This document shows, in pieces, positions 41,901 through 51,618 of a DNA stretch of 64,000 nt. Made by a program: the position numbers and the translations under genes. Numbering within the stretch: the stretch's first letter is position 1; each line of letters starts with the position of its first letter. Source of the stretch: Vicinamibacterales bacterium (GTDB lineage: Bacteria; Acidobacteriota; Vicinamibacteria; Vicinamibacterales; UBA2999); the NCBI GenBank assembly GCA_040081265.1, contig JBEBGV010000005.1:40358-104357 (forward strand), written 5' to 3'. The notes under the pieces are model-generated. The model was not told the DNA's origin, made no database searches, and worked only from the letters and a program-made list of their open reading frames with translations.

Positions 41901-42117
41901 TGCCTTCATCCTTGGCGTCATGCCGCTGGCGTTTGCCACCGGAGCCGGGGCCGAGGGACGCAATTCAGTGGGCACGGCGGTCGCGGGAGGGATGTTCTTT
42001 GCCACCTTCCTGAACGTCCTGTTCATTCCGGTGCTCTACGTGGTGGTCCAGACTGGCCTTCGCGGTTTCCGCTCGGGACCGGCCACCGCATCGAAGCAGG
42101 TGCATGCAGATGAATAG
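38977..42117 (+). CDS. HAE1 multidrug efflux RND permease
   Basis: FISRPI, QYPDVAPP, GIVVDDAIVVIENIER, KNSILIVEFA, RLRPILMTS. Confidence 0.95.
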   Translation: MFVDTFISRPILATVCSLVLVLAGALAIPSMPVAQYPDVAPPTVAVTAVYIGANAETVETSVTTPLEQAINGVEGMLYMSSSSTNSGFSSITVTFDPSRNADLAAVDVQNRVNQALGRLPAEVRQIGVTVAKASNNFLLAAGVYSEKGEYDSLFMSNYIDVYVKDSLKRLPGVADVVIFGERKYSMRLWLDPTRLAARSITAGDVVSALREQNVNVAAGSVGDSPARDGQTYQISVRAAGRLRERADFENIIVKAGRDGALVRLRDIGTAELGAEAYSSVLRFQGIEAVGFAVTPLPSANALDVRSSVGAELDRLAQSFPPGLKVNIAYDTTTVVQESIVEVLWTLAEAVGLVVLVMFLFLQSWRATLIPALTMPVSLIGAFAFVNLLGFSINTLTLFAIVLATGIVVDDAIVVIENIERHIQDYKKSATQAASDAMKEVLGAVIATAIVLIAVFVPVAFFPGTTGRLYQQFALTIAFAVAISAFNALTLTPALSALLLRHSTLGKGWFFGGVERVINGGTAVYVRVITGLMRVRWAMAVLFFGLLGLTYVVYLRVPQAFVPEEDAGYFISIIQAPAGASLEYTTNVMKEAEQVMMATPEVATVFSIAGFSFSGAAPNQGLIFTLLKPFDEREGAEHRLGGILGRLRGQLFGIQSGLVIPFAPPSINGLGNFGGFAMQVLDQGGATNIQNLGAATGALIGASMQSTQVAGLFSAFTANDPQLAVDIDRDKAQSLGLPISEITSALQIYLGSAYVNDFDFNNRAYRVYVQADKAYRSDPRDLGQYYARATGGQMLPLSSVVRVRETTSPQVISHFNLFRSAEINGAAMPGVSSGQALQEMERLADTSLPQGFGYAWSGISLEEIKAGSQSVAIFGIGILLVYLTLAAQYESLVLPFIVLLGVPLAVLGALSAQWARGLQNDLYCQIGLVMLVGLAAKNSILIVEFAEQLRARGFGVVEAAIEAARIRLRPILMTSLAFILGVMPLAFATGAGAEGRNSVGTAVAGGMFFATFLNVLFIPVLYVVVQTGLRGFRSGPATASKQVHADE

Positions 42118-43375
42118 TCGGTGGGTGACGGGCCTGGCACTGGCCGGCGTACTGGTGGCGGGAACGACGGGTTCCGCGCAGACGATCGAATCGATCACCT
42201 TCGAGGACGCCATCCGGCGAGCCACGACGGCCAATCCTGGCGTCCAGCGGGCGGCGGCGGGCATCATGCGTGCGGAGGCCCTGCTCCAGCAGGTGCGCGC
42301 CAGGCTCAGGCCGTCGGTCGATGCCAGCTTCAGCACCAACGTGATCGACCCGGTCGTGCAATTCTCAGGCACCAGCATTAACCCCCGGACGCAGACGGTG
42401 ACTGGAGCAACCGTGGCGATTCCGATTCTCACCTCGGTGCGCTGGGCTGAACGCGCACAGGCGGCCGACCAGATTCTGGTCTCGCAGGCCTCGGCGGCCG
42501 ACGTACGCCGCCAGGTCGCGCTCGCGACAGCCGAGGCGTATCTGGTGATCATCGCCCAACGCCGCGTGCTCGAACGCAACGACCGGTCGCGCGAAAACGC
42601 CCTCGCCCACTACACCTACGCCATGCAGCGTTTCGAAGGCGGCATCGGCAGCAGGCTCAACATGCTGCGCGCTCAACAGGAGCTGTCGAGCGATGAAGCG
42701 CTGGTCGAAGATGCGCAGCTCAGCGTGAGACGCGCACAGGAAGCACTCGGTGTCCTGGTGGCCGCGGACGGTCCTGTCGACGCCTCCGCTGAACCGATGT
42801 TTGAGGTGGCGGGTCTTGACGGACCTGTGGGCGTTCCGCTGCGCACCGATATTCAGTTCCTGGCTGCACGCCAGTCGGCCGCCGAGCGCGTACTGAGTGA
42901 CACCTGGAAAGACAGCCTGCCGTCGGTCTCGGCACTCTTCGCACCTCAGTATCTCGCACCATCAGGACTGTTCGTGCAGCCGCGGTCAGTACGCGTCTCT
43001 CTCACCTTCTCCGTGCCCCTGTTCGACGGTGCGGAGCGGCGGGCGCGGACAAACGAGCGCCATGCGTTACTGGACTCGGTCAAGGCCGAGCGCCTGGGCG
43101 TCGAGCGGCTGGCGACCTCGGAGGTTCGGACGGCGCGGGAAGCGGTGCGCCTGACTGAGCGTGCGCTCGAACGGGCGCGTGCCGCCACCTCCCAGGCCGA
43201 TGAAGTGGTCTCGATCACCGACGTGGCCTTTCGCGAAGGCGCCACCACCAACATCGAAGTCATCGACGCCCAGCGCCGGGCCCGTGACGCCGGAACCGCC
43301 GCCGCCATCGCCGAGGACGCGGTCAGACGTGCGCGTCTCGAGCTGCTCGTCGCGCTCGGGCGGTTTCCTCAATAG
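42104..43375 (+). CDS. TolC-family outer-membrane efflux protein
   Basis: Signal peptide, VPLFDG, FREGATTNIEVIDAQ; completes an MFP-RND-OMF operon. Confidence 0.9.
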   Translation: MQMNSRWVTGLALAGVLVAGTTGSAQTIESITFEDAIRRATTANPGVQRAAAGIMRAEALLQQVRARLRPSVDASFSTNVIDPVVQFSGTSINPRTQTVTGATVAIPILTSVRWAERAQAADQILVSQASAADVRRQVALATAEAYLVIIAQRRVLERNDRSRENALAHYTYAMQRFEGGIGSRLNMLRAQQELSSDEALVEDAQLSVRRAQEALGVLVAADGPVDASAEPMFEVAGLDGPVGVPLRTDIQFLAARQSAAERVLSDTWKDSLPSVSALFAPQYLAPSGLFVQPRSVRVSLTFSVPLFDGAERRARTNERHALLDSVKAERLGVERLATSEVRTAREAVRLTERALERARAATSQADEVVSITDVAFREGATTNIEVIDAQRRARDAGTAAAIAEDAVRRARLELLVALGRFPQ

Positions 43376-43403
43376 ACAGTCGGCAGCGGGCAGTCGGCAG
43401 TAC

Positions 43404-43428
43404 GTAGGCCGGGTCGGAACGACCCGGC
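43404..43428 (+). repeat. GTAG-type REP hairpin between convergent genes
   Basis: GTAG + GCCGGGTCG-GAA-CGACCCGGC; preceded by heptamer repeats CAGTCGG/CAGCGGG (43377-43400). Confidence 0.65.
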
Positions 43429-43429
43429 G

Positions 43430-46400
43430 TCAGGCGGTCTTCGCGTCTGCAGGAACCGGTGTCAGGACGCCACGATAGTGCAGCGGGTCGCTGGGTGGAA
43501 CGTCAACGGCAAGGCCACCGCGCTTGCGAACCGCTCTGAGCATCGTGACCGCTTCGGGCAGCGCGTACTGTTCGCCGTCGAATCCGGCGACGAAGCGTCC
43601 GCCGCGGACCTCGCCGCGCGCCTCGAGCGTTCGCAGTTCACGCACCAGACGCCACCACGGCACCGGAATCCGCTCTCGCTCCACAGTCTTTCTGAACACC
43701 ACACCGGTCCGGCGAAGAAGCTGCCGGACGACGAAGTCGATCGGTGCATCGACAGCATCGCGCCTGAGCAACGACCAGCGTCCAACCACCGGTGCACTGC
43801 GGGTGCGACGCGACGGCGGAACGACCAGTCCGCGCAGGGCGGCAAAGGAGTCACAGGTCGCCACGCCCTGGCCAATCAGCTCTGCCAGCCCCACCTCGAC
43901 CTGGGTCGGCAGCAGCCGCGTGGCAGCTACGAGTTCCTGAGGGAAGGCGGCGCCGCGCGACGCGAGTGCCGCAGCGATCTGACCGGCGTATCCGTCGCCG
44001 AGCGAAGGCCCTTCTCCAGCCAGGCCCAGCCAGGCGGGCAATTCGGTTCTCGGATAGAACGCAATCGGCGCCACTCGAACCGCACAGGCGCCAGAGCCCC
44101 ACAGTCTCCCCCACGCGAACTCACCGGACAGGGTTGCCTGATCGAGCCATTCGCGCCGGTAGCCACGCACTCGCCGAGGCAGGATGCTTCCCTCCCAGGA
44201 CGCGGCCGGCGCTTCGAACCCTGCCAGCTGCCGCAGGACCTCGAGCACTCCCGCCGGCCCTTCGAGCCGGTGGTGCTCCTCGGCGTGTTGCCAGCATCCC
44301 AGAAACGCAAGGAACTCCGCCGCCGAGACCGGCTCGATCTCCTTGCGCAGACGGTCGAGCGTATAGCGGTGGATGCGTGCCAGCAGCCGTCGCTCACACC
44401 ACGCCTCGCGTCCCTGCATGCGGACGCGGAGGACCACGCCTTGCTGTTCGAGTTCGCCAAGGAGCGGGTCGTCTGACACGACCGGTCCGAGCGCTTCGAG
44501 CCGCCCGCGCAGCACAGCCAGCGGTTCCCGCGACGCCTCCGTGGCGTACCAGCGATCGCCCTCGCGCACCACGCGACCCTGCCCGCGCAGCTGGTCGAGC
44601 CAGGCGCGCCACGGCCCTGCCTCGTCGTCGCTGACGTAGCCCATCCACATGAGCACTTCGTGGACTTCATCGGCGTGCTCAGGCTGCGGCCAGGCCTCGT
44701 CGCGCACACGTGCCACCGCATCAGCGTCGAGTTCGCCGATTGAATCGAGGCTGCGGGTATCGAGGCCTCCCCGACGATTCATCACCGCCCGTGTTCGCCT
44801 CTCCTCGAGCGGCGCATCGTCAAGGAAGGTGTACGGCTGGGACGAAAGGATGCCGCCAGCGAACACCGACGGCTCCGGTGTATCGATAGCCACCGCTTCG
44901 ATCGATCCGTCTTCGAGGCCGCGCAACACGTCCAGGAATCCGTCGACGTCCATGGCCTCGTGCAGACAGTCTTCGATGGTCTGCCGCACAAGCGGATGGT
45001 CCATCGGTACCTGAATGGGTCCCGGCTCGAGCGTTTCGCCGCAGGCGACGACATCTGGAAAAGCCTGGACGAGCAGATCCTGCGCGCGCATCCGCTGGAA
45101 GCGGATCGGCACGGACCGCCCGCCGCGGGCACGTTCGACCAGCAGCGCCCGGGTGGTATTCCAACGCCACCGTGTCTCGAACATCGGCTGTGCAATCAGC
45201 GCCTGGATGAGCACGTCGCGCGCGGTGGCCGAGCGGAGGTAGTCGAAGACACCCTCGAGCGGAAAGGAGTGCTGCGGGCCCAGGGAGAGAACGATAGCTT
45301 CCTCATTGGCTGCTGCCTGCAGCTCGAACCCGAAGCCGACGCAGAACCGCTTGCGGAGTGCGAGACCGTAGGCGCGGTTGATCCGTCCCCCAAATGGTGA
45401 GTGGACCACCAGCTGCATCCCACCGCTTTCGTCGAAGAAGCGCTCGATGATGATCCGCTTCTGGGTTGGAGACGCACCGAGGGCGCGCTCCCCCTTCTCG
45501 ATGAAGTCACGCAGGTCCGGATGAGTGCCGCCACCCTCGCGGACATCGCAGATCAGCGACGAGAGTTCGGGCGTTCGGGAGGGAGCCTCCCCCAGCCAGA
45601 ATGGAATCGTCGGCGGTGCGCCGGCCGCATCCGCCACCCGCACGATTCCAGATTCGATGCGCAGGATCCGCCACGAATGAGCGCCCAGTTGAACGATGTC
45701 GCCGCGCAACGACTCGATGGCGAAGTCCTCATTCAGCGTGCCGACATGTGTGCCGTCCGGCTCGAGGAGCACCTGATAGTCGCCCGAATCCGGGATGGCG
45801 CCTCCGGCAGTGAGGGCGGGGATCCGCGCGCGCTTGGTCGCCAGCAACCGCCCCTGCACGGCGTCCCGGTGCAAGAGCGCATGCCGCCCCTGCGTGTGCA
45901 GGGCGATGATGGCGTCGAAGTCTGCGCGTGACAGGTCGCGATATGGCCAGGCACGGCGGACCCGCGCGAACAATTCGTCCTCGTGCCACGGCTCGGGCAC
46001 GCACGCCGCCACCACCTGCTGCGCCAGGATGTCGAGTGGCGCCCGAGGCAGGGGCGTGCGATCTAGGAGCTTCCGCTCGACCGCCAGCAGGAGCGCTTCC
46101 GCTTCCGCAAGCTCGTCGATCGTCAGCGGGAACACTCGGCCCTTCGGAACACGGGTCGGTCCATGCCCCGCGCGCCCCATCCGCTGAACGAAGGTCGCGA
46201 TCGACCGGCTCGCCCCGATCTGCACAGCCAGATCGACGTCACCGATGTCGATGCCGAGTTCAAGCGACGCGGTGGCGACGAGCGCACGGAGCTGACCGCC
46301 CTTCAGCCGCTCTTCGGCATCGAGGCGACGGGCTCGCGACATGCTGCCGTGGTGGCACGTGACCTTGTCCTCACCGAGACGTTCAGCCAGCCGCGCGGAC

Positions 46401-47218
46401 AGGCGCTCGGCCATCTTCCGGGTGTTCACGAACACCAGCGTGGTTCGATGCTCCTGCACAAGGGCCGCCAGGCGTGCGTAGATCACGTCCCACTGTTCGT
46501 GTGAGCAGACATGCTCGAGCGGGGCCGCGGGGGTCTCGACCGCCAGGTCGACCGTCCGCAGGTGACCGACATCGACCAGTTCGCATGTCCGTCCGACGCC
46601 GACCAGGAAGTCGCCGACATCGGACAGCGGTTTCTGGGTCGCGCTCAGCCCGATCCGCTGGTACGGTCCGGCCAGGGCCTCCAGGCGCTCGAGCGACAGC
46701 GCAAGATGAGACCCGCGCTTGTCGCGGAGCATCGCGTGAATCTCGTCGATGATGACCGTGCGGATCGTGCTCAGCAGCGTGCGTCCGCTGGCGCTGGTCA
46801 GCAGGATATAGAGCGATTCCGGCGTGGTGACCAGGATGTGTGGCGGCACCTTCGACATCCGCGCCCGCTCGGCAGCCGGGGTGTCGCCGGTACGCACCAG
46901 CACCCGGATTTCCGGCAGCGACGGGTCGAGCGCGCGGATTTCATCGATGGGGCCAAGCAGGTTCTTCCTGACGTCGTTGGCCAGAGCCCTGAGCGGGGAC
47001 ACGTAGAGAACCGTCGTGCCCTGCGCCTCTGACGTGAACAGCGTATTGACGGCAGACAGAAACGCAGCCAGGGTCTTACCTGATCCGGTTGGTGCCCCGA
47101 TCAGGACGTTCTTCCCCGCCTGAATGAGGGGCCAGCCTTCGCGCTGCGGGGCGCTGGGAACACCCAGGCGCTCGGTGAACCAGCGATGGACGGCGGGATG
47201 GAATCCCTGGAGGGCCAC
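43430..47218 (-). CDS. lhr: Lhr-family SF2 helicase with C-terminal winged-helix region
   Basis: APTGSGKT, SPLRAL, TTPESL, DEIH, SAT, HHGS, LELGIDIG, QRMGRAGH, GRFVAGFDGEQYA; probable GTG start at 47218. Confidence 0.9.
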   Translation of the reverse strand: MALQGFHPAVHRWFTERLGVPSAPQREGWPLIQAGKNVLIGAPTGSGKTLAAFLSAVNTLFTSEAQGTTVLYVSPLRALANDVRKNLLGPIDEIRALDPSLPEIRVLVRTGDTPAAERARMSKVPPHILVTTPESLYILLTSASGRTLLSTIRTVIIDEIHAMLRDKRGSHLALSLERLEALAGPYQRIGLSATQKPLSDVGDFLVGVGRTCELVDVGHLRTVDLAVETPAAPLEHVCSHEQWDVIYARLAALVQEHRTTLVFVNTRKMAERLSARLAERLGEDKVTCHHGSMSRARRLDAEERLKGGQLRALVATASLELGIDIGDVDLAVQIGASRSIATFVQRMGRAGHGPTRVPKGRVFPLTIDELAEAEALLLAVERKLLDRTPLPRAPLDILAQQVVAACVPEPWHEDELFARVRRAWPYRDLSRADFDAIIALHTQGRHALLHRDAVQGRLLATKRARIPALTAGGAIPDSGDYQVLLEPDGTHVGTLNEDFAIESLRGDIVQLGAHSWRILRIESGIVRVADAAGAPPTIPFWLGEAPSRTPELSSLICDVREGGGTHPDLRDFIEKGERALGASPTQKRIIIERFFDESGGMQLVVHSPFGGRINRAYGLALRKRFCVGFGFELQAAANEEAIVLSLGPQHSFPLEGVFDYLRSATARDVLIQALIAQPMFETRWRWNTTRALLVERARGGRSVPIRFQRMRAQDLLVQAFPDVVACGETLEPGPIQVPMDHPLVRQTIEDCLHEAMDVDGFLDVLRGLEDGSIEAVAIDTPEPSVFAGGILSSQPYTFLDDAPLEERRTRAVMNRRGGLDTRSLDSIGELDADAVARVRDEAWPQPEHADEVHEVLMWMGYVSDDEAGPWRAWLDQLRGQGRVVREGDRWYATEASREPLAVLRGRLEALGPVVSDDPLLGELEQQGVVLRVRMQGREAWCERRLLARIHRYTLDRLRKEIEPVSAAEFLAFLGCWQHAEEHHRLEGPAGVLEVLRQLAGFEAPAASWEGSILPRRVRGYRREWLDQATLSGEFAWGRLWGSGACAVRVAPIAFYPRTELPAWLGLAGEGPSLGDGYAGQIAAALASRGAAFPQELVAATRLLPTQVEVGLAELIGQGVATCDSFAALRGLVVPPSRRTRSAPVVGRWSLLRRDAVDAPIDFVVRQLLRRTGVVFRKTVERERIPVPWWRLVRELRTLEARGEVRGGRFVAGFDGEQYALPEAVTMLRAVRKRGGLAVDVPPSDPLHYRGVLTPVPADAKTA

Positions 47219-47279
47219 ACCCGATTTTACGCCGGGCAGGTGCTGATGAGCCGCGGCTCGGGTATCGTCTAACACACTC

Positions 47280-48338
47280 GTGTCCGAGACGCCTCCCGCC
47301 CCCCCGTCGCCGCGAACGCGCCGACCGCGCTACGCAGGCAGAAATCCACGAGCCTTCCACGAAAAATACAAAGAGCTGAACCCGGAGCGATATCCCGTGG
47401 ACGTGCTGAAGGTGCGGGCAGCCGGAAAGACGCCAGCGGGCATGCACCTGCCGATCATGGTCTGCGAGGTGCTCGAGTGCCTCAACCCGAAGGCTGGCGA
47501 TGTCGTGGTGGACTGCACCCTCGGCGGGGGTGGGCACACACAGGCACTGCTTGAACGTGTGCTGCCCGGCGGTCGTGTCATCGGGATTGATGCCGATCCC
47601 ATCGAGCTGCCACGCACTGAGGACCGGCTGCGCAAAGCCGGATTCGGGCCCGAGGTGTTCGTGGCGCGTCACGGCAACTTTGCTGGAGTGCTGAAGGTGC
47701 TCGCCGGGGAAGGGTTGTCGCAGGCCGACGTGCTGCTCGCCGACCTCGGCGTGTCGTCGATGCAGTTCGACAATCCGGGTCGCGGGTTCAGCTACAAGGG
47801 CGTGGGGCCGCTCGATATGCGGATGAACCCCGGGCGCGGAGAGCCTGCATCCCAGCTCATCGCCAGGTTGAAGGAAGAGGAATTGACGTCGCTGCTCGAG
47901 GACAACGCCGACGAGCCTCACGCCGGGCTGATCGCGAGCCTGCTGAAGCGTCAGCCACTCGATACGACGCACAACGCAGAGCGCGTCCTGCGCTCTGGCC
48001 TCGGGGTGGCGCTCCCGCAATTACCGAAGTCGGACCTGAAGATGTCCATCCGACGCACCTTCCAGGCATTGCGCATCGCGGTGAACGATGAATTCTCGGC
48101 GCTCGATGCCCTGCTGCGGGCGTTACCGATCGGCCTCGCCCCTGGTGGGCGCGTCGCGATCCTGACGTTTCATTCGGGTGAAGACCGACGGGTCAAGAAG
48201 GCGTTTCAGTCCGGCCTCCGCGATGGGGTCTATCGAGCCGTGGCCCGAGAGGTGATACGCTCCGCGAAAGCGGAGACATTCTCGAACCGGCGCGCCTCCG
48301 CGGCGAAACTTCGCTGGGCTGTGCGCGCACATCAGTGA
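47280..48338 (+). CDS. rsmH: 16S rRNA m4C1402 methyltransferase with N-terminal extension
   Basis: DCTLGGGGH, DLGVSSMQFD, PLDMRM, FQALRIAVNDE, TFHSGEDRRVK, AKLR. Confidence 0.9.
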   Translation: MSETPPAPPSPRTRRPRYAGRNPRAFHEKYKELNPERYPVDVLKVRAAGKTPAGMHLPIMVCEVLECLNPKAGDVVVDCTLGGGGHTQALLERVLPGGRVIGIDADPIELPRTEDRLRKAGFGPEVFVARHGNFAGVLKVLAGEGLSQADVLLADLGVSSMQFDNPGRGFSYKGVGPLDMRMNPGRGEPASQLIARLKEEELTSLLEDNADEPHAGLIASLLKRQPLDTTHNAERVLRSGLGVALPQLPKSDLKMSIRRTFQALRIAVNDEFSALDALLRALPIGLAPGGRVAILTFHSGEDRRVKKAFQSGLRDGVYRAVAREVIRSAKAETFSNRRASAAKLRWAVRAHQ

Positions 48339-48380
48339 GGCGGAGCTGCCTCTGTTCGAGGAACCAAACGCGCCGCGAGC

Positions 48381-48788
48381 CTAGTTGGGAGGAGCTTCGA
48401 GGCGGATACGGTCGAGCAGCGTCACGTCGATGGGGAGCGCCACGCTTCCTGACGGGAACCCGTTCGATTGCAGGATGTAGGCGACTGCCGACGCCGCCTC
48501 CTCCGCGTTGAGCGTCCCGGGGGCATCGTCGGGCATGAACTTCAGGATCTTGGTGTAGACCTCGCCCACGCTTCGGCCGTCCCAGCTCGATCGCCAGAAC
48601 GGGTCCGGATGGCAGATGATGCAGACATCGCGAAAGAGCGTGCGGCCTCGGTCGGCTTGCTCACTCGAGTACACACGATCCGACACGGCGCGCGTGGCCG
48701 GCTCCTGCGCGGCGGTCGGGGATGATGCCTGGGTCGCAGTCAACGACATCGTCGCCGCCGCGACCCAGAGCAGGTGGCGTGTGGTCAC
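48381..48788 (-). CDS. Small c-type cytochrome
   Basis: Signal peptide, VYSSEQADRG, CIICH, MPDDAPG, NGFP. Confidence 0.85.
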   Translation of the reverse strand: MTTRHLLWVAAATMSLTATQASSPTAAQEPATRAVSDRVYSSEQADRGRTLFRDVCIICHPDPFWRSSWDGRSVGEVYTKILKFMPDDAPGTLNAEEAASAVAYILQSNGFPSGSVALPIDVTLLDRIRLEAPPN

Positions 48789-50269
48789 GGACGCGCGAGG
48801 AGCTTCTTGATCAGTTCCTGCGTGCTCGTGCGGACCGGGCGTCTCGCCGTGTCCTCGGTCTCGTCGTTCTGCCCGATCGCTTCATCGAGCGGCGTGCGTC
48901 CGTCCTTGTTCTTGACATCGATTTTCGCGCCACGATCGAACAGGAACTGCAGCACCTTGTTGGCACCACGCTGCGCTGCGCCGTGCGCCGCCGTTTCCCC
49001 TTCGTCGTTGACCGCGTTGACGTCCAGACCACGGTCGATCAGCATCGTCATCGCTTCAATCGACGCGTCCTCGGTGCCGATGCTCGAGATGTCCACCCAG
49101 TTGAGCCCGGCGGCAGCCATCAGCGCGGTCGTGTTGTTACGCGTACGGATCGACGGATCGGCACCGCGATCGAGGAGGACCTTCATCAGCGCCACGTCAG
49201 AGGTCGTCGCCGCCTTCATCAACGGGGTCGCGCCCTCGGTCAGCGTCCGGTTGCCGGTGGCGTTGTGGTGCAGGATGAACGGACGGCCGGTCAGGCGCGC
49301 GTTGACCGCCGCACCCTTGTCGAGCAGTTTGACCACGATGTCAGGGCTGTCAAGCTCGCCAGAGGGCCGCGGTACCGGCCGGCTGAACAGCCATTCGAGC
49401 GTGTGCATGTCGGTGGCGAAGAAGAGCGGCGTCCGGCCGGCCCGGTCACCCTGATTCACATTCGCGCCCTTGTCAATCAGCATCGCCGCCAGATCGTAGT
49501 GGCCGTTGATGATGGCCATCGTCAGCGGGGAGAGCCCGTCAGGATCAGACAAGTTCAAGTCTGCGCCCGCGTCGGCGATCACACGCGCCGCGTCCATACT
49601 CCCCTCGCGGGTCGCGAACAGCAGCGGGGTGAACCCGCCCTTTGGAAAGTTGCTGTGCGAGGCCTGCGCTGCGACGCCTTCAGTCCTCGGCATCCTGGGC
49701 TGACCCGCCGTCGCGGTTGACTTGGCGTTGAGATCGGCTCCGGCTTCGGCCAGTGCCGCAACGACGTCGCGCGCATTCGCTGCGGCCGCCCACATCAGCG
49801 CGGTCTGGCCGAGCCAGGCTTCGCGGGCGTTGGCATCTGCGCCTTTGGCGAGCAGCGCCTTGACCACCCCTGCGCTTCCGGCCCTTGCCGCCGTCATCAG
49901 CACCGTCTCGCCCTCGCCCGATACGGTCTTCGGGTCGGCACCGGCTTTGAGCAGCGCCTCGACCATCGGCACGTTTCCGTTAGCGGCGGCCAGTCCAAGC
50001 GCCGTCACCCCGGTACGACTCGCGACACCAACGTTGGCCCCTGCGGCGAGCAGCATCTCCGCCATCGCCACATCGTCGGACCGCACCGCCCAATGCAGCG
50101 CCGTCGTGCCGTCCGCCGCTGTTTCATTGACGTTGGCCTTCGCACGCAGCATCTGCTGGACGGCCTGGCGATTACCCGAACGCACGGCATCGACCAGGGT
50201 CGCGGCACTCGCCAGCGACGCCAGGGTCAGTACTGCTCCCGCAACAAAGACGCTTGCGCGAATCCTCAT
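48785..50269 (-). CDS. Secreted ankyrin-repeat protein
   Basis: Signal peptide; many G-x-T-[AP]-L repeats. Confidence 0.93.
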   Translation of the reverse strand: MRIRASVFVAGAVLTLASLASAATLVDAVRSGNRQAVQQMLRAKANVNETAADGTTALHWAVRSDDVAMAEMLLAAGANVGVASRTGVTALGLAAANGNVPMVEALLKAGADPKTVSGEGETVLMTAARAGSAGVVKALLAKGADANAREAWLGQTALMWAAAANARDVVAALAEAGADLNAKSTATAGQPRMPRTEGVAAQASHSNFPKGGFTPLLFATREGSMDAARVIADAGADLNLSDPDGLSPLTMAIINGHYDLAAMLIDKGANVNQGDRAGRTPLFFATDMHTLEWLFSRPVPRPSGELDSPDIVVKLLDKGAAVNARLTGRPFILHHNATGNRTLTEGATPLMKAATTSDVALMKVLLDRGADPSIRTRNNTTALMAAAGLNWVDISSIGTEDASIEAMTMLIDRGLDVNAVNDEGETAAHGAAQRGANKVLQFLFDRGAKIDVKNKDGRTPLDEAIGQNDETEDTARRPVRTSTQELIKKLLARP

Positions 50270-50277
50270 CTCGTCTC

Positions 50278-51618
50278 CTAGATGTCGAGCGGCATCGTGC
50301 TGGTGCCGAAGGACGGAACGTCGGCGCCGGCCTTCTGCGCCAGAGACAGCAGCAGGTCTGCGGTCGGTGTATCGGGCGCAGAGATGTGGTGGCCGCCCTT
50401 GGTGATCTGACCAGCGCCCCCGCCCACGACGACGAGCGGCAGCGGGTGATGGGTGTGATCGTTGGCGTTACCCATGCAGCTGCCGTACAGCACCAGGCTG
50501 TTGTCGAGAATCGTGCCGTTGCCCTCCGGCGTCTTCTGCAGCTTGTCGACGAAGGACGCGAAGAGCGAGGCGTGGTGCGCGTTGACTCGGGCGAACTTCA
50601 CCTTCTGGTTCGGGTCGTCGCTACGGCCATTGGCCTCGTGCGAGAGCGCGTGGTGCGGGTCGGGCACGCCAATCTGGGGGAACGAGCGGCTGGTGACGTC
50701 GCGCATCATCATGAACGTGAACACGCGGGTCACGTCAGCCTGGAACGCCAGGTGCATCAAGTCGAACATCACGGCCACGTGATCGTCGTAGGCCTCAGGC
50801 GGACCAATCGGTGCCGTCAGGTCGGTCGGCTGCGTCACCGTCTGGCGCTCGGCCTTCTGAATGCGACGCTCAATCTCGCGAACGTGCTCGAGATAGTCGG
50901 TCACGCGACCGCGATCGCTCTTGCCAAGGCCGCTCTGGAAGCGCTCGCTCGTCGACACGATGGAGTCGAGGATGCTGCGGTCGGCCTGCATCCGTGCCCG
51001 TCGCTGGGCGGGCGTCCCGCTGCCGCCAAACATGCGCTCGAACACCGCGCGCGGGTTGGTCTCCATCGGGTTTGGCGAGGTCGGCCCCGCCCAGGAGATC
51101 GTGTTCATGTAGGTGCAGCTGTAGCCGGTGTCGCACGCGCCGATCAGCGTCGAGAAGTCCTCGGTCGCGATTTCGAGCGACGGGAACAGCGTGTCCTGGC
51201 CAATGGCTCTGGCGATCACCTGGTCCACCGTGATGCTGTTCAGGATGTCGGACCCTTCGGTCTGCTTGGGCTGGACGTTGCCCGTCAGATACGACGCCGG
51301 GGCCACGGCATGCCCGCCATTGAGCACCGTGGGGCCTGCCGACGTGCCGCTGATCACCACCATCTGATCGCGAAACGCGGCCAGCGGCGACAGGATCGGC
51401 GTCATCTCGTAGCCCTTCCCGACAGTGGCCGGTGTCCACTGCGACAACAGGCTCCCGTGAGGCAGATAGGTGGCTGCGAAGCGGCGCACCGGGCGCGTCG
51501 CCGGCGCCTGCGCCGTGAGGGCCGGCACCATCGAGTCGAGCAGCGGGAGGGCGAGCGTGATGCCCATGCCACGCAGGAAGGTGCGCCGCGGCAAATGCTT
51601 CTTGGTAATGATCATCAC
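50278..51618 (-). CDS. DUF1552 protein
   Basis: RRTFLRG.G..LALPLLDSM, ETNPRAVFERMFG, AFQADVTRV, HHALSH, LDNS. Confidence 0.9.
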   Translation of the reverse strand: MMIITKKHLPRRTFLRGMGITLALPLLDSMVPALTAQAPATRPVRRFAATYLPHGSLLSQWTPATVGKGYEMTPILSPLAAFRDQMVVISGTSAGPTVLNGGHAVAPASYLTGNVQPKQTEGSDILNSITVDQVIARAIGQDTLFPSLEIATEDFSTLIGACDTGYSCTYMNTISWAGPTSPNPMETNPRAVFERMFGGSGTPAQRRARMQADRSILDSIVSTSERFQSGLGKSDRGRVTDYLEHVREIERRIQKAERQTVTQPTDLTAPIGPPEAYDDHVAVMFDLMHLAFQADVTRVFTFMMMRDVTSRSFPQIGVPDPHHALSHEANGRSDDPNQKVKFARVNAHHASLFASFVDKLQKTPEGNGTILDNSLVLYGSCMGNANDHTHHPLPLVVVGGGAGQITKGGHHISAPDTPTADLLLSLAQKAGADVPSFGTSTMPLDI

